DNA of 64,000 bases from assembly GCA_021771185.1 (NCBI GenBank), contig JAETPN010000001.1:4366-68365 (forward strand). The letters are read 5' to 3'. Below are positions 56,978-64,000 of this stretch, one piece after another. A model generated the notes under the pieces. That model was not told the DNA's origin, did no database searches, and saw nothing but the letters and a program-made list of their open reading frames with translations. A program made the translations under genes and the position numbers. The first letter of the stretch is position 1; each line of letters begins with the position of its first letter. This stretch comes from Bacillota bacterium (GTDB taxonomy: Bacteria > Bacillota_I > Bacilli_A > RF39 > UBA660).

Positions 56978-58303
56978 TTATCCTAAGATAAATGGATCTG
57001 TTTCTGTACCTGTACCCGAAGTTATTAGTGCACTTGGATCTAAATATAAAGTTGGGCGAACACCTTGCGGATATGATACATAATCTTCATCAATACCACC
57101 ATTATCCAAAACATAGTATTGAGCATTTATATAATTGCTATTTGAAGTAAATGTCCATTGATTATTCAAACTATCATATAACCAATTATTATTTTTACAA
57201 TCACTAACACCAGCATTGTTCCAGCTGTATAACGCGGTTCCTAAACAAGTATTTCTATTCGTTGAGGCTCCACCGCTTGTTGCAAATCCATAATCACTTG
57301 GATACATTAACGCAATTTTTCCCGACCATTCTAACATAGCATCTGGTCCATGTTCACTTTCGTAAAATGACTGGGCGATTAATTCACTAGTCGTATTTCC
57401 GTCAACTCCACCTATTGTCCACAGATGATTATCTATTATTGAAACTGAATTATGATCAATGCCTTGTAAATATTCCGCATTTAAATAAGTACTAAGACTA
57501 GAAGCACCCCAATCATTTCCATAATCATTATATTCCATATTACCTAAACTATCTTTTCTAATAAGTTTTAATTGTCCATTAAAGATTCCTATAATACGCC
57601 ATAATTCATTATTAAAGTGTACATAGTTATCTGGGTTTGGACCGATATAACGATATTCACGTGGTGAAGTACTATCTACAATTTCACCGTTATTTCCTAT
57701 AGCTACTAACCCGCTTTCTGTTGGAGTTACTTGTGTATTTAAATTATTTTTTATTAAATAATCACTTGCAGAAAGTTTTTCCTCTTCACCACTACCTGTG
57801 CCTTGCTCATAATTTAATTTCAAAATTAAACTCTTACTAGTTGTTGGAATACTAGTTGCACTTGCTTTCCATGTAACTTGAACTTGGAACTTCTTTTGAG
57901 CTCCAGTGTTTAAAGAATCTCCCTCTTTTATTCCTGTAACTGTATAGATAATATCTACAGGATCTTTTAGATTACTCTCATCAAGTCCTTCAATACTTGT
58001 TAGAACAGCATCAAGTGTACCTTTATTTTCTACTGTCAAATCATATAAAGCACTACTTCCTGGCTTTTCTAAATCGACAGTAAAGTTTGCAGTTGTAGAT
58101 CCTACCCCACCTTTCGTGATTGTAGTGGCATTTACCATTGTATTTTCTTCAATTTTGGTAAATTCAATCTTAAAATCTCCTGAAATTCCTGATACTCCAT
58201 TAATATTTAATAATTGATTTAATGATGCATACCCTACAACCATCCCAATAATTAATGCACATAATGAAACGATAATAATTTTTTGCTTCTTTCTATTTAG
58301 CAT
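56978..58303 (-). CDS. secreted protein with an N-terminal TasA/camelysin-like domain and a large C-terminal extension
   Basis: A signal-anchor (KKQKIIIVSLCALIIGMVVGYA), then FTVDLEKPGSSALYDLTVENKGTLDAVL. This resembles the TasA/camelysin (peptidase M73) motif NLSNLKPGD...FENNGSLAIKEVL. Weak, motif-level call. Confidence 0.35.
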   Translation of the reverse strand: MLNRKKQKIIIVSLCALIIGMVVGYASLNQLLNINGVSGISGDFKIEFTKIEENTMVNATTITKGGVGSTTANFTVDLEKPGSSALYDLTVENKGTLDAVLTSIEGLDESNLKDPVDIIYTVTGIKEGDSLNTGAQKKFQVQVTWKASATSIPTTSKSLILKLNYEQGTGSGEEEKLSASDYLIKNNLNTQVTPTESGLVAIGNNGEIVDSTSPREYRYIGPNPDNYVHFNNELWRIIGIFNGQLKLIRKDSLGNMEYNDYGNDWGASSLSTYLNAEYLQGIDHNSVSIIDNHLWTIGGVDGNTTSELIAQSFYESEHGPDAMLEWSGKIALMYPSDYGFATSGGASTNRNTCLGTALYSWNNAGVSDCKNNNWLYDSLNNQWTFTSNSNYINAQYYVLDNGGIDEDYVSYPQGVRPTLYLDPSALITSGTGTETDPFILG

Positions 58304-58427
58304 ACTTTCACCTTCTTTTTAGTATCATCTAATATTCTATTTTTATGCACTTTTATTATAACAAAAAAGATATTAAGTTATCAAGAACTAATATCTTTTC
58401 ATAGACAAAAAAATGTAAAATGACTTA

Positions 58428-59474
58428 CTATAAATGACCAATATTTTTTTCGTATTGTTTTGCTAAATCAAATTTTTCTTCATTTGTTTGACAAATCAAG
58501 TCTAATAATTCAAAAAGTAAAGCTTCATGTGTCTCATTGTAGTAATCTATACGAGCATACATTCCCCCCTGATAAAAGTCATTTTGATGTTTTTTAATGC
58601 ACTCAATTATCCTAGGATCATCGGACAAACTTAAGTGAATAAGACGACTAATGATAAAAACATTTTGTTGAATTACAATCGGATCTAAAGTTCCATTCGC
58701 CACACGAAACTCTATAGTTGGTAATGCTTTTTTTTGAACCATATAATCTTGTCTATTTAAGTTTAACCAATGCGACAATGAAACCCCTAAAGGTGAAATA
58801 TACACATCATCCATTCTCTCCCATAGACGAAAAAGTAAAGGGTTGGCGATAATATTATCCCATTGATATAACTGATCAACCGATAAAAATTCTTCATCAA
58901 GTGTATTAATTGCTTGTACGATCAAGTCTTGGATAGGAAGTGCGTATTGTAAAACACCTGGACGTATGATCTCTCCGTTACACATCATTCGATAAAGAAC
59001 AGGCTCAAAAATAGCCCATAACCAGTAAAAGGTAAGCCAAGCATCAAGGTCATGATGTAGTAAATGAACATCAACATGAATATGGGATCCACATAAAACA
59101 TTCGCTTCCCCACCTAAGTTCTTTAAATCTGTACAAATCTTCTTTAATTCTTCCCACTCTTCTTTTTTATTATGAAAAATAGGACTAGCAAATTCTCCAG
59201 AATTATTTGGATAAGCATATTTTAAAGAATCTTCCTCTTTACAATCCCATGCCGGATATTTTTGATGCAGTTTTAGAGTATCTATCATAGAAACATTCAC
59301 ATACTCAATTTCAGTTCCAAATTTTAAATCATTTGGTAATTTATCTTTATATTTAATGGTATGATTTTTTAAAATATGGTAAATTTCTTTTTTATTTTTA
59401 TAATACACGAATGATGTATTTTGATCTAAAGATAAGTTGTTTGAAAATGAACAATTCATGAGCTTCACCTCCAT
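58428..59474 (-). CDS. glutamine synthetase-like carboxylate-amine ligase (GCS2/amidoligase family)
   Basis: Three GS-fold signature elements are in the correct order: FGTEIEY (beta1 E-x-E), CGSHIHVDV (H-x-H), and IEFRVANGTLDP (E-x-R). YbdK has the same elements: GIELEM, HVHVG, VEVRVMD. Confidence 0.5.
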   Translation of the reverse strand: MEVKLMNCSFSNNLSLDQNTSFVYYKNKKEIYHILKNHTIKYKDKLPNDLKFGTEIEYVNVSMIDTLKLHQKYPAWDCKEEDSLKYAYPNNSGEFASPIFHNKKEEWEELKKICTDLKNLGGEANVLCGSHIHVDVHLLHHDLDAWLTFYWLWAIFEPVLYRMMCNGEIIRPGVLQYALPIQDLIVQAINTLDEEFLSVDQLYQWDNIIANPLLFRLWERMDDVYISPLGVSLSHWLNLNRQDYMVQKKALPTIEFRVANGTLDPIVIQQNVFIISRLIHLSLSDDPRIIECIKKHQNDFYQGGMYARIDYYNETHEALLFELLDLICQTNEEKFDLAKQYEKNIGHL

Positions 59475-59532
59475 TTAATATTTGTATATTCTAACACAAT
59501 TTACTGAAAAAGAAAAGAGATTTTGATATCTC

Positions 59533-60633
59533 TTATAAGTACTTATTAAACTGTTTAAATGCTTCATTATCATCTAATTTTGTTTTGGCTAAACTTTCAA
59601 AAAGTTTCTTTTGATCACGTGATAATTTCTTTGGTATCACGACATTTAATACCACATACATATCGCCAGTACTTCTTCCATTAACATCCTTAATCCCTTT
59701 TCCTTTTAGACGATGTTTATCATTAGGATTACTTCCAGCGGGAATGGTTAAGGTTACGTTTCCATGTAAGGTTGGAATTTCTTTTTTACAACCTAAAACA
59801 GCTTCTGTAACCGTAATAGGTACACGTAAGTAAACATCATTATCATGGCGTGTAAATAATGGATGATCTAACACATTAAACTCTAAATATAAATCACCAT
59901 TTGGACCACCATTACTTCCAGCTTCACCTTTACCAGCTAATCGAAGTTGGTGACCAGTATCTACGCCAGCTGGAATCTTAACTTCTAAATCTTTACTTAC
60001 TTTATTTCGTCCTGTACCATGGCAATGATGACATTTTTTATCATAGCTAACACCCTCTCCATGACACTCTGGACAGGAAGTACGACTCATGAAAGATCCA
60101 AACATCGTTCTTTGTTCTTCGGTAACATATCCACTACCATGACATCTAGAACATGTTTTTTCTCCTAAGCCACCTTTACCATCACAATGACTACACTCTT
60201 CTGTTGTATTTACATGAATTGTTTTTTTGGTACCAAAAGCAGCTTCTTCAAAACTTAAATCAACACGCATAATGGAATCACGACCACGGCTTGCACGATT
60301 AGAACTACGTCCTCCACCAAAGCCAAAGCCACTACCAAATAAATCACCAAAAATATCTGAAAAATCAAATCCTGAGAAATCAAATCCTCCAGCTCCACCT
60401 CCGGCAGCACCTTGGAAAGCCGCATGACCAAATTGATCATATTGACGACGTTTTTCTTCATCTGATAATACAGCATAAGCTTCCTGTGCTTCTTTAAATT
60501 TTTCAGCCGCATTTTCTTCTTTTGAAACATCAGGGTGATATTTCTTTGCTAATTTACGAAAAGCACTTTTTATTTCACTTTGACTTGCGCTTTTACTAAC
60601 CCCTAAGACCTCATAGCAATCACGTTTATCCAT
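59533..60633 (-). CDS. dnaJ: molecular chaperone DnaJ
   Basis: J domain with HPD (KYHPDVSK), a G/F-rich region, four CxxCxGxG zinc-finger repeats, and a C-terminal domain. Confidence 0.95.
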   Translation of the reverse strand: MDKRDCYEVLGVSKSASQSEIKSAFRKLAKKYHPDVSKEENAAEKFKEAQEAYAVLSDEEKRRQYDQFGHAAFQGAAGGGAGGFDFSGFDFSDIFGDLFGSGFGFGGGRSSNRASRGRDSIMRVDLSFEEAAFGTKKTIHVNTTEECSHCDGKGGLGEKTCSRCHGSGYVTEEQRTMFGSFMSRTSCPECHGEGVSYDKKCHHCHGTGRNKVSKDLEVKIPAGVDTGHQLRLAGKGEAGSNGGPNGDLYLEFNVLDHPLFTRHDNDVYLRVPITVTEAVLGCKKEIPTLHGNVTLTIPAGSNPNDKHRLKGKGIKDVNGRSTGDMYVVLNVVIPKKLSRDQKKLFESLAKTKLDDNEAFKQFNKYL

Positions 60634-60648
60634 AACTTCACTTCCATT

Positions 60649-62451
60649 CTATTCATTTAATATTTTTTCCAGTGCCTCTACTTTTTCCTGGAATAATTCT
60701 AAGGCATCTACTACCGGAGCTCCTTGTTCCATATCTAGGCCACATTCCTTTAATATATCAAAAGGATCGGCTTTACTACCACTCGATAAGAACGTTAAAT
60801 AGTTATCAAGAGCACCTTCTTTTTCTTCTAAAATATCTTTTGCAAACGCTAGTGCAGCAGATAATCCAGTCGCATATTTATAAACATAAAAGGAAGTATA
60901 AAAGTGTGGAATCCTTTCCCATTCATAACGAATAAGATCGTCACTAACTACACTTTTTCCATAATATAACTGATTTAATTCATAATAAGTGTCACTTAAA
61001 ACTTTTTCTGTGATTGCTTCGTTTGCTTCTTCTTTTTCATGGATCATCATCTCAAATTCTGCAAACATCATTTGTCGATATATCGTTGTACGGATAGTAT
61101 CCAAAAAATCAGTTAAATACATGATTTTTTCTTCTTTTGTACTCGCATTTTTTACTAAATAATCATTGATTAATACTTCATTTACAGTAGAAGCAATTTC
61201 GGCTAATATAGTAGGATAATCATGTGAAATATAAGGTTGATATTTTTTAGAATAATAAGAATGCATCGCATGACCAAGTTCATGTCCCATCGTACTTACA
61301 CTATATAATGTATCATTATAATTTAGTAAAACATAAGGGTTCGAATCATAACAACTCCCTTGATAAGCACCACTACGTTTTCCCTTATTTGGATAAATAT
61401 CAATCCAACGATCACGGAAAGCCTCATTTAAATCATTCAAATAGGTTTCACCTAATGGTTTTAATGCTTCAAATAAAATTTTCTTTCCTTCTTCAAAAGG
61501 ATAGTTTTTATTTTCTACATCTGCAATATTCACATGAAGATCATACATGTGTAATTCATCTAATCCTAGTTGCTTTTTCTTGATTTCTAAATAACGATAC
61601 AAAGGATCTAAGTGTTGATGAACAATATCAATCATTTTTTTATAAAAACTGGTAGGAATGTTGTCAGAAGACAAGCTTTGTTCTAAAGCACTTTGATACT
61701 TTCTTATCTTAGCTCCTACTACATTTTCTTTTACCTGTCCTTTATATAGTGTCGCTACTGTATTTTTATGATTCTTCCAAAATGTATACATATGATTAAA
61801 AGCATCTTCTCGAACACGACGATCTTTACTCTCAATATATTTTGAGTACGTTGCATTTGTAAGTTTTACTTCATTTCCATCTTCATCTATGATCACACCT
61901 AAATCGATATCAGCATTATTAAGTTTTACGAAAGCACTTTGGTTATTTCCAAAAACACCAGATAACTTTCCTAATAAAGCCTCTTCTTTTTCACTCAAAG
62001 TATGATTTTGTGCACGATAAGTAACTTCTAAATCATGACGGTAGGAATCAAATTCTTTCTTTCCTTCAATCATCTTCAAGACTTTTTCATAAGGAACTTT
62101 CATTAATTCTGGAAGTACAAAAGATAATTTTTCACTTTGCGCAGCTACTAAATGATCCATTTTTTCTACAAAGGTTTGTTTGTATGTATCAGTTGTATCT
62201 GTATCGATATTTAAATGAGCCCAAAAGTAAATAATCATACTCAAACGATCATATTCTTCTTCTTTTTTATAAAAATCTAATAGTGTATCACTACTATCTA
62301 AAATATGCCCTTGAAATTTTGTAAGATCTTCTAGTAATTCATAAGAACGCTTTAGTTTCTCATTAAAATCAGCTTCATCTTTCACAAGAACATCTAAATT
62401 CCACGTGTTTTTTACATCTACTTCACTGCGTTTTATTTCTTTTTCCATAGA
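60649..62451 (-). CDS. pepF: oligoendopeptidase F (M3B family)
   Basis: HELGHAMHS zinc motif. About 600 aa. The start is reassigned to the ATG at 62451 (MEKEIKRS), preceded by AAAGGAGA. Confidence 0.85.
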   Translation of the reverse strand, partial: SMEKEIKRSEVDVKNTWNLDVLVKDEADFNEKLKRSYELLEDLTKFQGHILDSSDTLLDFYKKEEEYDRLSMIIYFWAHLNIDTDTTDTYKQTFVEKMDHLVAAQSEKLSFVLPELMKVPYEKVLKMIEGKKEFDSYRHDLEVTYRAQNHTLSEKEEALLGKLSGVFGNNQSAFVKLNNADIDLGVIIDEDGNEVKLTNATYSKYIESKDRRVREDAFNHMYTFWKNHKNTVATLYKGQVKENVVGAKIRKYQSALEQSLSSDNIPTSFYKKMIDIVHQHLDPLYRYLEIKKKQLGLDELHMYDLHVNIADVENKNYPFEEGKKILFEALKPLGETYLNDLNEAFRDRWIDIYPNKGKRSGAYQGSCYDSNPYVLLNYNDTLYSVSTMGHELGHAMHSYYSKKYQPYISHDYPTILAEIASTVNEVLINDYLVKNASTKEEKIMYLTDFLDTIRTTIYRQMMFAEFEMMIHEKEEANEAITEKVLSDTYYELNQLYYGKSVVSDDLIRYEWERIPHFYTSFYVYKYATGLSAALAFAKDILEEKEGALDNYLTFLSSGSKADPFDILKECGLDMEQGAPVVDALELFQEKVEALEKILNE

Positions 62452-62516
62452 TTCTCCTTTTATGTTTATATACAAACGTAGAAGTTTACCCTAAGGTAAA
62501 CTTCTCCATATTTGCA

Positions 62517-64000
<1,484 letters not shown>

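Noticed and set aside
60227-60530. ORFs 60227..60427(+) and 60255..60530(-) within dnaJ
   Set aside because: They fall in the Gly/Phe-rich and zinc-finger coding region of dnaJ. They are alternative-frame artefacts of GC-rich repeats (PAPPPAAP translation).

Overview
This is an AT-rich (about 30% GC) low-GC Firmicutes chromosomal segment. TGA is used as a stop codon (for example at the murF end, 8713), so this is not a Mollicutes recoding genome. About 60 of 64 genes are on the minus strand. Taxon guess from the sequence only: an endospore-forming Erysipelotrichia or Clostridia-like anaerobe (CotE homolog, desulfoferrodoxin).

Housekeeping content, left to right:
- two paralogous type IV pilin-like genes, one of them about 950 aa;
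- rny;
- a divergent tRNA cluster (Glu, Asn, Ile on minus; Lys on plus);
- a YhfW-like FAD/Rieske oxidoreductase;
- an alpha/beta hydrolase-murF-ddl operon;
- a MazG-like gene and an NfeD-FloA flotillin operon;
- recG and dnaE;
- a pbp2B-mraY-ftsW block, a desulfoferrodoxin, and glmS with its ribozyme leader;
- tRNA-Leu, a rhodanese lipoprotein, an ABC-2 exporter, and uppS-cdsA-rseP;
- a polysaccharide deacetylase, rpsP-KH, cotE, tagD, miaB;
- ftsZ-ftsA-[inserted DinD/RhuM-like gene]-divIB-murB-murG;
- a second pilin locus, and dnaK-pepF-dnaJ.

Accessory or unexplained content, given as separate findings:
- two adjacent, differently built Fic/Doc-family genes. One has a Doc-like degenerate motif and a C-terminal wHTH, and carries a palindrome plus direct-repeat operator array over its promoter and again inside its own 3' coding region.
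- a three-gene cluster whose first gene has a DT/Tpt1-like HGT motif, suggesting an ADP-ribosyltransferase fold.
- a three-gene cluster in which a 978-aa acidic coiled-coil protein and a 382-aa protein share an N-terminal YxIDHTLxxKM domain and flank a DUF1292 gene.
- an orphan plus-strand promoter-terminator pair, a candidate roughly 95-nt sRNA, between recG and dnaE.
- a MurF with an N-terminal polytopic membrane domain.
- a GS-like amidoligase and a TasA/camelysin-like secreted protein next to the second pilin locus.
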